64,000 nucleotides of DNA from Octopus vulgaris (Eukaryota). Below, one piece after another: positions 44,001 through 57,400 of the stretch (positions are counted from its first letter, which is position 1; each line of letters starts with the position of its first letter). Made by a program: the position numbers and the translations under genes. A model generated the notes under the pieces. It was not told the DNA's origin. It saw nothing but the letters and a program-made list of their open reading frames with translations, and searched no databases. The stretch covers positions 35,526,001 to 35,590,000 of the forward strand of contig OX597834.1 in the NCBI GenBank assembly GCA_951406725.2, in the 5' to 3' direction.

Positions 44001-44583
44001 AATAATAAGTTTGAAACATGTTTAGATTTATCTCCCTTGCAGATATAATTAAATTGAATACGTGGATGATCAATGCACCTTACTCCTTGCCGTATAATTA
44101 TCGATGTCAAACTACTACAGCAGCAAGGTACAAAGAACTATCCTTCTTCAGTCGATGAAGTATTTTTCGCAACAAGCTAGATGTTTACACGGCGCCACTT
44201 TCAGAACAGTGTAGCGCCCATGAAACACCTCTCTTGTGGCGACACAATGTCCAGTAGTAACGGCTAGATAGTTCTTTGCTTATTCTCTTATTCACCATAG
44301 CCAGTGACAATATAATCTGATAAACCCCGACCTCAGGTTTATAATGTTTATCAACGAAGCCTGTCAACGACAGAGGTGCTGTGTAGTCGCCCGACATGCT
44401 AGAAGTAGCAGTCAGATGTCATTCAAATCACACACAACCATATTTTGTATTAAAGAAATACTTTCTGAAGATGATACGCTTAGATGTATAGCAAGAAAGG
44501 ATGGTCATGGCTGGAGCGACCTTCATCATATGTCAGCTCAGTCAGAATTCTCAGCTACTTTGACAATAATTTGTGAGTATCTT

Positions 44584-44673
<90 letters not shown>

Positions 44674-44786
44674 AATCTATCTATCCGTCTGTCTATTTGT
44701 CTGTCTTTTCGTCTTTCTATGATTCATTCTAGCTATTTGTATGTGTCTATCACCCTTCCTATGCTTCTCGTTGACTTTCTGTTTTT

Positions 44787-44814
44787 CTGATGAAGGACTA
44801 ACGTCCGAAACATC
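44787..44814 (+). ncRNA. Degenerate minimal hammerhead-like motif
   Basis: CTGATGA A GGAC TAAC GTCC GAAAC ATC; stem I weak. Confidence 0.4.
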
Positions 44815-44892
44815 GATATCTATTATATATATATAAAGGAAAAGAGAGAAAATGTGTTGATACGAGATAGAATACAAAAGATAAATAGAAAC

Positions 44893-44967
<75 letters not shown>

Positions 44968-45296
44968 CAGAAAGGGAGAATGAGACAGAGAGAAGCTGCG
45001 TGATATATATATATATATATAAACACACACACACACAAACATACACACACACACACATACACATATATGCATGTATACATATTCATATATAATTCATACT
45101 TACATGCATACATGCAAATGCATGCATACAAAGCCTCCGACGTACGCATATAAAGGGAGCAAGTACAATAGAAAGATAGCGATGAACTAAGTAGCTTGAT
45201 AAATGAAGATAGAAATATATATATATATTTATATACATATATTTGTGTGTATGTATATATATTTTTGTATATTTATATGTATTATATATTTACATA

Positions 45297-45327
<31 letters not shown>

Positions 45328-45619
45328 TTGTGTATACATATAATGTATAAATGGCGATAGAGAAAATCTGTGAGTGTTTGTATTGCAAAGAGTAAATATT
45401 TGTGTGGTCCTTGTTGTAATTAATAAATAAGTGACGTACGTGACAAAGCCAACTGGACTTCAATAAATTAGGGTGAAAAAAACAATATTTACAGAGATAG
45501 TGTAGTTGCGAGGGGACGGAGAGAGAGGGGGAGAGAAAGAGAGAGAGAGAGAGAGACAGGGAGAGGAAAGCAAAGAAACAGAGAGAAAGATATAAATAAT
45601 AGTTATTTTCTTACCCCTT

Positions 45620-45710
<91 letters not shown>

Positions 45711-46054
45711 CTCTATAAGATAGATTGCCAGGGAAGGGATTATAGAACACTTTAACACACACGCAATCCACTTTTACATACATATACATAAATGTATGTC
45801 AGCATAGACACACACACACACATACACATATAGGCACACAGAGGCATATGCACACACACACACACACATATATATATATACTTATATAAACACACTGTGG
45901 TTCTAAATTTTCTAGTTGATAATTAATTATTTATGGAGCTCTTTGGTGATGACACGCTTCGTATTTATACGAACTAAGTTGTGGTTTGTCGGATACGCAT
46001 GTCTAATACATGCTTGTGTGCTTGTGTGCACATACATATACGCACATACATACA

Positions 46055-46088
<34 letters not shown>

Positions 46089-46220
46089 CATACATACATA
46101 CATACATACATACATACATACATACATACATACATACATGCATATATACATGCATACATGCACATATAAATATATATATATGTGTGCATGTGTATATGTA
46201 TATATATATGTGTGTATGTG

Positions 46221-46271
<51 letters not shown>

Positions 46272-46455
46272 TCATCATCACCATCATCATTTAAAGTCCG
46301 CTTTCCATGCTGGAATGGGTTGGACGATTTGAACCAGATGGCTGCACCAGGCTCCAATCTGATCTGGCAGAGTTTCTATAGCTTGATGCCCTTCCTAATG
46401 CCAACCACTCCGAGAGTGTAGTGGGCGCTTTTACATGTCACCGGCACGAGGGCAC

Positions 46456-46540
<85 letters not shown>

Positions 46541-46889
46541 TTAAATTGTATGTGAAAAAGTTGGCTGACAGAGACGACAGGAGGCCATCTGAATATTGGA
46601 AAAGAGTCACCTGTATAATCATGTATGAATGTATGTATGAATGTGTCTATGTATGAATGTATGAATGTATGTATGAATGTGTGTATGTATATATGTATGT
46701 ATGTATGTATCTATGTATGTATGTATGTATGTATGTATGTATGTATGTATAATTTTTATTTTGGCCGAGTTAGTTTTTTGCTACTTTAAATTTCGATTTT
46801 GTGTAGACAGGGTCTTCAGACACGTTGCGAATCGTAATCATGAGGTGAAACTCAGAGTTGCAAGAAACTGACTCGAACCAAATGAAAAC

Positions 46890-47257
46890 ATTCTTTTCTA
46901 CTCTAGGCACAAGGCCTGAAATTTTGTGGGAGGAGGGCCAATTAATTAGATCGACTCCGGTACTTAATTTATCGCCCTAGAAAAGATGAAAGGCAAAGTC
47001 GACCTCGGCGGAATTTGAACTCAGAACATAAAGACAGACGAAATACCTATTTCTTTACTACCCACAAGGGGCTAAACACAGAGAGGATAAACAAGGACAG
47101 ACAAACGTATTAAGTCAATTATATCGACCCCAGTGCGTAACTGGTACTTAATTTATCGACCCCGAAAGGATGAAAGGCAAAGTCGACCTCAGCGGAATTT
47201 GTACTCAAAACGTAACAGCAGAAGAAATACCGCTAAGCATTTCGCCTGGCGTGCTAA
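46890..47257 (-). mobile_element. SINE family B nested pair (same orientation)
   Basis: Two gtcgacctc.gcggaattt segments; junction gaaatacc|tatttctttac at 47047. Confidence 0.75.
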
Positions 47258-47806
47258 AGCCAAATGAAAATATTAATCTCAACAATGGCATCCAGTTCTC
47301 TTTCCTCTGACTGTCAACACTAACGGAAAAATAGGAAAACAAACCAACAGAACAACAGTCTTCTTGCAAACCGCCATTGTCCACATTGTGATGTCTTGGC
47401 TGGCTGGATCCATTTTGCTTTTGGTGACCCAACGACTCTCATGAGAAGTCACCAGGTGAAGTAAATGATTTGTGAACATCAGTGAATGGTTGGATGGTAA
47501 TAATAGTAGAATGGGTATATTTTGTCGATTGTTTGATTGGAATTTTTTTTGTTTTCTCACTGAACACTCATACGCCGACTTCGACGGGAGACTTCGTCAT
47601 ATAGACGTGGTTACCTTTATCTCTTTCCTACCTCGAATTTTAAAACCTTGTCTCTTTAAACGTAGCCTCAGTTTCGATAATTCGTCGTAGATATTTCTTT
47701 GAATATTCTTAGAATATAGATGAACGCCACAAGGCATCATTTCTTCCTAAGAAATCAAAAATTTTGCTGTGTTTAATGTAAAAGAATAAAACAGGAGAAA
47801 ACCTCA

Positions 47807-48469
<663 letters not shown>

Positions 48470-48632
48470 CTAAAGAATGACAAAGAGAGGGAGAGAGAAA
48501 GAGAGAGAAAGAGAAAGAGAGAAAGATGGTCAATGATCAAAGGAAAATGGCAAAGTATTAGAATTTGTAAATCAGTTCAAGAAGTATTATACATATGTAT
48601 GAATACTTATATATATATATATATATATATAT

Positions 48633-48953
48633 AAAAGGAAATTAAGAAAATGCTGACAAAATAATTTAAGTAATTTAAGTAATTTAATTAGGTGAAAGTT
48701 CTTTTTACCGGTTGCGCATTTGTTATGCTTATCAAAAGATATTTTTTTAAGAGAGATTAGAGTTCCTTTCTGATAGATTTTTTCCTCTTATCAGATAAGA
48801 GGAAAAAATCTATCAGAAAGGAACTCTAATCTCTCTTAAAAAAATATCTTTTGATAAGCATAACAAATGCGCAACCGGTAAAAAGAACTTTCACCTAATT
48901 AAATTACTTAAATTACTTAAATTATTTTGTCAGCATTTTCTTCATTTCCTTTT
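48633..48953. repeat. 321-bp near-perfect palindrome in a TRPC intron
   Basis: 160-bp arms, 1-nt spacer at 48793, one mismatch seen (48643/48943). Confidence 0.95.
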
Positions 48954-48989
48954 TTATATATCACAACTCGTGTTCCACATCTCCTTTTT

Positions 48990-49060
<71 letters not shown>

Positions 49061-49377
49061 TGCAAAATAAGAAAATGGAGAAATACATCAAAATCATTTA
49101 TCAACAACCAGATAATACCCAATCACATACTTTATTAGACCACTACATAAGAACATTAAGGTTAAACATAAAAAATATATAACAAAACAGCGTACATGAA
49201 TGATTAATATAATACAATAAGTACAATCATTATAAGAGTATATAAATAAATGAATATAAATAGATATAAATATAAATATACACTATATCTTACAGCTGTT
49301 TCGGCCATGCAGATACTTATGTCTCATTTTACCTATATTAGCCATGTATAGTATGTCAATATATATATATATATAAG

Positions 49378-50040
49378 TGCAAGTGTTGCTTCTCAACCAC
49401 ATGGTTCTGAGTTCAGTCCCACTGCGTGGCACCTTGGGCAAGTGTCTTCTACTATAGCCTCGGGCTGACCAAAGCCTTGTGAGTGGATTTGGTAAATGAA
49501 AACGGAAGGAAGTTCATCGTATATATATACATACATACATGTATGTGTTTCTTTCTGTGGAAGAGCCTAGGCTCGAAACATTAAAGACTTTTTCACTTCC
49601 CGAGCGTTATACTAATACATCTGTTTGTTGTCTACACTACCTATCTTCGTCTTTTGTGTTTTTTGTGAATTCTCCCTAAATGTGACCGCGTGTGTACTGT
49701 TGGCGATTTTTTTCCTCTGTCTTCCCTTCTCTGGATCTTTCCTTCTCCTATGTTTCCGACGAAGAGCTCCGCTCGAAACGTTAAACTCTCCTTCTTCCCT
49801 TCCTTCCTGAGCGTCCAATAATACTATAGTTGTTCCACGTCCTCGCGTTGTTGTATTTTCTCTTTGTGTTTTCATGTTTGGATTAACTATATATATATAT
49901 ATATATATATAGAATAAGTACTAGGCTTACAAAGAATAAGTCATGGGCGGATGTGTCGATTTATTTGACGAAAGGCTGTGCTCCAGCATGGCCGCAGTCA
50001 AATGACTGGAACAAGTGAAAGAAATAAAAATAAAAGAATA
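49378..50040 (+). mobile_element. SINE family A interrupted at its internal microsatellite by a hammerhead-like element
   Basis: Head 49378-49520; tail resumes at 49911 (agaataagtactaggcttacaaag). Confidence 0.75.
49545..49888 (+). mobile_element. Non-autonomous element with two tandem minimal hammerhead-like motifs (Penelope-like/retrozyme-like)
   Basis: Motifs at 49551-49586 and 49752-49786; homologous to 34297-34465 (-) and 63861-64000 (-); all three abut (TA)n. Confidence 0.65.
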
Positions 50041-50131
50041 TACATATATATGTGACTACATTACATTATAGAGGTCGCCACTGTTTCGGAACAAAGGGAT
50101 CAAATGAGGGATCGCAACGGATTTGGCTTAC

Positions 50132-50277
50132 CTGAATGTCTTCAAACGAATGGCTCATCATTGCAATCAACATATTGATTAGGACAATAATTATGACCAC
50201 ATGATAGATGCCAAATAAACACATGCCGACGCTTTCTACTATGGCCGTGCTTTTCTCTACCGGTTCTTTACCAGTAC
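50132..50277 (-). CDS. TRPC: TRPC (canonical TRP) channel coding exon: post-pore linker and S6
   Basis: ttccag|GT...CAG|gtaagc; 146 nt, phase 1/0; [48 protein letters not shown]. Confidence 0.93.
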
Positions 50278-50511
50278 CTGGAAAAGAGAATCAGGCAAAT
50301 TACATGTGAGTATGTGTGTGTGTGTATATATATACATAAATATATGTATCTATATACATAAATATATATGTATATATACGTATATATATATATATAAACG
50401 TATATATATATATATATAAATATATATATAAAAATATGAATATATATATATATTATATAAAATATTAGAAAAAACCACCTTTTATCAATTCAAAATGAAT
50501 AATTAAATTAC

Positions 50512-50551
<40 letters not shown>

Positions 50552-50564
50552 CATATGTATATAT

Positions 50565-50602
<38 letters not shown>

Positions 50603-50781
50603 CTTATATATGTATATATGTAAGGATGTATATATGGATGCATATATTTATACGTTATATGTGTATATATAAATATGTGTGTATATATACTCTTTTTACT
50701 ATTTTACTTGATATATATATATACGTATATATACATATATATTTATTTATATATATATATGTGTGTGTGTATATATATGTA

Positions 50782-50823
<42 letters not shown>

Positions 50824-50852
50824 CAGCACACACGCACACATACACACACACA

Positions 50853-50896
<44 letters not shown>

Positions 50897-51953
50897 ATGT
50901 CCATGTTTTCCGGGAAGCGTTATATAAAGAATTATCGCTTTTAATGGCAGCAGTCATATCTGTATATTTGGTTAGGAAACTATAAAAACAAAATTTACAA
51001 ATAGAGAAAAAATGGAGAGAAAAAAAAAGTGACAAATATTAATGAACTGAAGCTCCAATATGGCGGTCATTTAGTGCAGAATTTCAAAACCAGAACATAA
51101 AAAAAAAATGTAAAAAGAAGAAACATGAAGAGAAATAGATTGATGATTAATATTGAACAGAATCGATTAGGTTCCACGTGGATGACGGGACACGTCAACT
51201 AGACAGGAAACGGAAATAACTGTTATCTGGATTCGAAACATTAAATTATGGATTGCTAACTTCCATATTGTAATATGGTTTCGTCGGTGTTTATTTTGTT
51301 GTGTATCATAAGAGATTGTTTGTTGATAAGATGCAAGTTAAATTGCAGAAATTAAACATCCTCACATGTGCACGTATCTCTCTCTATATATCTGTATACA
51401 CACATGCTTATATACATACATATATATTTCTTTATTGCCCACAAGGGGCTAAACATATAGTGGACAAACAAGGACAGACAAAGTGATTAAGTCGATTACA
51501 TCGACCCCAGTGCGAAACTGGTACTTTATTTATCGACCCCCAAAGGATGAAAGGCAAAGTCGACCTCGGCGTAATTTGAACTGGGGTCGACTTTGCCTTT
51601 CATCCTTTTGGGGTCATACATACATACATATATACATGTATACATACATAATATACACATATATATATATATATGTATCTATTTGTGTATGTGTATATAT
51701 AAATATATATCTATATAGGCTCACACATATCTGTATATGTATGTTTGTGTATAACCCTCTATGCATATACGTATAAAGTAAAATAAAAAAAAGTAGGTGT
51801 GATAGGTAGATAAATAGATAGATAGATAGATGTAGTGTTAGGTAACGAGACATTGAGACAGAACGAGAAAGAGAGTGAGAGAGAGGGGAAGTGAGAGAAT
51901 GAACCAATGAGAGAGAGGTTGTGTAGTTGTTGGAAAAATGATGTACCACATAC

Positions 51954-51980
51954 CAGTTGACCATAAAGATGCCAGCAGTT
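51954..51980 (-). CDS. Candidate 27-nt cassette microexon of the TRPC gene (extracellular linker before S6)
   Basis: poly-U tract, TGC, aaccag|AACTGCTGGCATCTTTATGGTCAACTG|gtatgt; phase 1/1 matching the S6 exon; encodes xLLASLWST; no transcript evidence. Confidence 0.5.
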
Positions 51981-52079
51981 CTGGTTTTGTTGTCAGCATC
52001 GGATAAAAAAAAAAAGGGAAAAGAAAAAAAAGAGGAAATAAAAAATAAGCGACAAACTGACGAAAATAATTGTAAAAAG

Positions 52080-52600
52080 TAGCATGTAATATAAGCATAT
52101 GATTTAAGCATGTAATATAAGCATATAATTTAGGTTTGTAATTAGGGTATGTAATTTAAGTATGTAATTTAAGCATGTAATCTGAGCATCTAATTTGAGT
52201 ATGTAATTTAAGAATGTAAAATTGGCATGTAATTTAAGCATGTAAATTAGGTTTATAATTTAATCATGTAATTCGAGCATTTAATTTAATCATGTAACTT
52301 GAAGAGGTAACTTGAGCATGTAATTTTAATATTTATTTTAAGCATATAATTTGATCTTGTAGAATGGATATTATATATGTGTATATAATTTAAGTTTTAT
52401 ATAAAAATGTATCGCTGAAATAAATTTACCTTATATATATATTTTCATTTAAATTTGTACATAAAGTTCATGCATATAATTAGTAAATGTAAATTGTGCA
52501 AGAAATTTTGTGCACGAAAATTTTTGAGCATGACATTTTTGTGCATGAAATTTGTGCATGAAATTTTTGTGCATGAAATTCTGTGCATGAAATTTGTGTA
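52080..52600. repeat. 13-bp (gcatgtaatttaa) and about 13-15-bp (tgtgcatgaaattt) minisatellites
   Basis: Two adjacent degenerate arrays. Confidence 0.85.
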
Positions 52601-52814
52601 AAGTTTGCGAAGGAAATCTCAACATTTGAACAAGTAAAATATATTGAAATTCACATATAACCATCGATCTATCGATCCCTCCATACTTATATGTATGTAT
52701 GTATTTATACACACATACACGCATATATATATATACATGCACGCACACACACCCACACCCACACATATATATATATACACACACACACACATATATATAT
52801 ATACACACACACAC

Positions 52815-52865
<51 letters not shown>

Positions 52866-52912
52866 CGTATGTATATATGTGTGCATACATATACAAACAT
52901 ACATATATATAC

Positions 52913-52952
<40 letters not shown>

Positions 52953-52954
52953 GC

Positions 52955-53042
<88 letters not shown>

Positions 53043-53793
53043 ATATATATAAATATGTGTATATTTATGTATGTATTCATCTATGTCTGTGTATATAGTA
53101 CATATATTCATATGTTTTTGTTTGTGTATGTATATTATTCGTCTGTTATTGCTTATATGATTAGTGCGAAAAATAAGTGCTCAGTCTACGTGTATGTCAA
53201 ACGTGCACAAACTCGAAATATCACTCACACATACATGTAAACGTATATTTACACATATAGTATAGACAAAGGCGTAATATGTACATACATATGCATACAT
53301 ATACATACACACACACACACACACACAGTCACAGAAACATACATGCGTACGCACACACTCAACGTACCTATATTTATATTTATGTGCATGTATGCACGTA
53401 TGTATGAATGTATGCACGTATGTATGTATGTATGTATGTATGTATGTATGTATGTATGTATGTATGTATGTATGTATGTATGTATATCTGTTCGGCTGTA
53501 TATATACGTCCTTATCACTATTTGTAGTTGTAAAACTAAATGCGCAAAGCCAAATCTTCAACGTGAGCCAAAAAAAAAAAACAAAAAAAAACGAAGCAAA
53601 ACAAAATAAAATATATTAAGAATATAATAAAAAAAACAAAGGAACAACAAAACTAGTAATAAAAAAATACTAACATGCAAAACAAAAAGGATGCATATAA
53701 ATGGTAAATTAATTAAGACCAATTAATAATAGAGTAATTGTTATATTCGTTTAGAATGGTACAATATACGATGAGTCTGTGTGTGTGTGTATG

Positions 53794-53824
<31 letters not shown>

Positions 53825-54084
53825 GTGTGTGTGTGTATTTTTGTGTGTGTTTCATTTCACTTGAGCCGTAGGACTCGCCAGGCCGTTTTAACCGTCTTTC
53901 ATGGTGCATAAATGATCGAGACTACAAGATATCCCTCCTCCCTGAAGCTGATTCCGGACAATCGCGGGTTTCGTGGAGAGCAAAGTTTGAGGTGGGGGTG
54001 GGGTGACAAGTCTTTTACATCGATTCCCAGTACTTGACTAGTACTTTATTTTATCGACTTCCGATAAATGATCAAAATACTCTT

Positions 54085-54493
54085 TACTCTTTTACTTGTT
54101 TCAGTCATTTGACTGAGGCCATGCTGGTGTACCGCCTTTAGTCGAGCAAATCGACCCCGGGACTTATTCTTTGTAAGCCCAGTACTTATTCTATCGGTCT
54201 CTTTTGCCGAACCGCTAAGTTACGGGGACGTAAACACACCAGCATCGGTTGTCAAGCAATGCTAGGGGGACAAACACACACACACAAACACACACACATA
54301 CACATACACACACATATATATATACATATATACGACAGGCTTCCTTCAGTTTCCGCCTACCAAATCCACTCACAAGGCATTGGTCGGCCCGGGGCTATAG
54401 CAGAAGACACTTGCCCAAGATGCCACGCAGTGGGACTGAACCCGGAACCATGTGGTTGGTTAGCAAGCTACTTACCACACAGCCACTCCTGCG
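54085..54493 (-). mobile_element. SINE family A, full-length
   Basis: Closely similar to 5623-6077. Confidence 0.85.
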
Positions 54494-57400
54494 TACATTT
54501 TTAAAACTTTTTTGAAGAAAAAAAAGCAAGCAAAAAATGGTTTTAAACTAAAAAAACAAACAAACTTGGATTGAAATGTGGCAGAATTCATCCTGAAATC
54601 TCAACGGGTTGCAATAACGACACCGAAATTGAATTCGATGATAAATATTCCAATCGGCGTAATTTAATCTCAGAACGAACGTAAAGAACCGAAAGAAATG
54701 CCACTAAGCATTTTGTTCGACGTGCCGCCTTGTACGATGTATAGGTACTTAGTTTATCGATCTCGGAAACGTGGAAGCAAAAGTCGACCTCAACATGATT
54801 CGAACTTAGAATGCAAAGAATTAGCTATATATAGCTCGAGACATTTGGTTATGTTTCCCAATCGCGTTTTACTTATAGTTAAAATGAATTGTTTCAGTAA
54901 GAAGCTTTTATCATCTTAGAAGTGAGAAGAAAAGCACCTTCCACTCTGATCAGTCGTGAATATGTCGAAAGCAACAATATTTATCCTTATTGTGATATAG
55001 CGAAAGCCGTGTGATTTAAGCACAGATTCAAATATGTGGTCGAAATATATTTTCATTAACCCCTTACCCAACAATTATTTTGAAAATAAATGTATTTTTT
55101 CAGACATATTTTTTAATTGCTTTATTTTACTATGTTTTGAATGGTGATTTCGAGGTATATTTCAAACCTTATTTATTATGAATTTTAATTCAATAATATT
55201 GATTTTAAATTACCGCTTTGGGCAGAAACGAGTTAACCCATTTTTAGACGAAGGAACTCGTTTGCTGTCGATTTTGGCGAGTCTATCTTTTGACGAGTTA
55301 ACTCGCCAGAGATAGAAAAAAACGATTTCGGTCAAAACGAATATATTCGTTTCTGCCGGGTAAGGGGTTAAACACACACACGAGCGCGCGCTCACATTTG
55401 CACTCATACACACACGATTGTGTATAAATATGCATTCTGAAGAGTTAATAGCCGTGATATGGATTCATAAAATGATCTTTGTAGACAGCGTGACGTACGT
55501 TTTCAGTTCAGTGAGAACAAAACAGAACAACAAAAACTTAATAGGAAATACTAAAAAGAAAACTGTTTTTTTTTTAAATTAAAGAAAAATTCAGACTAAG
55601 AGATGGTAGGTGAACCTCGACGGAGCGTAATAACGACGACACCGAAACTGAATTCGAAGATAAAACTTGCAATAAAAGACAAATGAGAAAAGGTAGTGTG
55701 TAAAATTATATAAAAATATATAGAAACGGATGGTAAAAAAAAAATGAAAGAAATAACAAAATATTTTTGTAAAGGATAAAATAAGAGAGTCTGAAAATTA
55801 GATATAATAGTCGCAAAATTATTGATAGTGTATGATTACGTATGATGGCGTATGGGAGTGTACGACCGTGTATGATAAGGTGTGTTAGTGTATGATGCTA
55901 TAAGATGGTGTCAATTGGGTTATCTACGGCTCCTGCCACATACACGGTACGTGGTTTAGATAAGATCTTGCATGTACGTATAGAAGTCGAAATATTAACT
56001 TCTAAAAACGCGTGTAAGCTGTTCGGATGTCGGAGGAAGTCGAGAAAGGACAAAGTCCTCCACATCATAGCTAAGGGCACAGCTTCCGGTGGAGTGTTGG
56101 TTTATTCCTTGTGCTCTGTCTTCATCATTTTGCAAACCATCATTTTGTCAACTCCGTTCTTTTCGCACATGTTGCCCAGAAAGCCCATCAACTAAAACCC
56201 ACAGCTTCCAAATAGAAGGATTTCTTGATCTTGCCTCTTTTTTCTTCTGCCTGGAATTTGTTTCAGCCTGATCGTATTTTAGCATAAAACTAGTAAATTG
56301 AGGGGAAGGGCTCGTCGATTACAAGAATCCTAGTACTTGATTGCTCTTTTATTGTAACAACCCCCACGAAAGAATGAAAAGCAAATTAACCTCAGCAGGA
56401 TTTGAAATCAGAATGTAATGGGCCGAATGAAATACTGATCAACATTTTGTCCGACGCGCTAACGGTTCTGAAATTTTAGGGAGATGAACTAGTCGATCTC
56501 ATCGGACCCAGTGCTGAAGTGGTACTTATTTTGTCGACCCCACCCCGTAACCGTTCTTAAGTTAAGCACGAGGTAACCAAATAATAGCGATTACTAAGCT
56601 TTTGTCTTACCAGAAAGCAGCAATCCATGCGAACCTCCATTCCAGCCCACTTTTTTCCCTCCCGACATGCATCAATTCAGAGATAAATAAAATTGAATAA
56701 CAGCTGTAAGTGCAATATGTATGACCTGTAAAGATTCTGAACATTGCTCATTTCTCCTTCCACAGACGTAATAACGATTTATTACAACACTGCTTGTGAT
56801 GTGGAATAATTTATTTTGATGTGAGATAAAGGAAAGATATAACCTTTCGGACAGAAACCATTTATCAGAGTAAGGGCCTCTATCGAAACATCAAAGAAAA
56901 AAAAAACTCTTGTAGCAAACTAACTTATTCCATTTTGTGAACAGTTTCTATTTATTATTTGCCGGCCATCAACATTATTTCTATCCTAGGATTCTACTGA
57001 ATCTCTTTTGGGAGCATCATTGCTATTGTGATTTTTGATACATAAAATTTACAGAGCTTTTCGCTCTATAGATAACCCTGTTAAAAACGTGACGCTCAAA
57101 CACATGTGACAAATAGGATAATACTGAAGTAAGAAGACAACAGGGCCACACATTTATATAACATTGATTATGCTGCCATCAAGTCACCGATTCTAGACGA
57201 AATATTAAATTAAGATAAAACGTTTGTCCCCAGATTCATGAATAAAAGTCAAGTTATTGGGAATTAACATTTAACCGTTCAGCTGAAGATGGTAGCGAGC
57301 TGAAAGAATTGTTAGTACATAAGACAAATTGCTTAGCAACATTTCTTCCCGCTGTTTACATTTTGAGTTCAAATCCCGCCGAGGTCAACTTTGCATTTCA

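Noticed and set aside
47284-47310. Possible 27-nt exon SEERELDAI on -
   Set aside because: Good acceptor but no credible donor (gttgag).
55898-56271. Non-repetitive short ORFs
   Set aside because: No recognisable domain and no consistent splice sites.
56612-56704. Exon-like segment on - with TG|gtaaga donor
   Set aside because: Its only open reading is phase 2/2, incompatible with the phase-1 S6 acceptor, and it has no TRP similarity.
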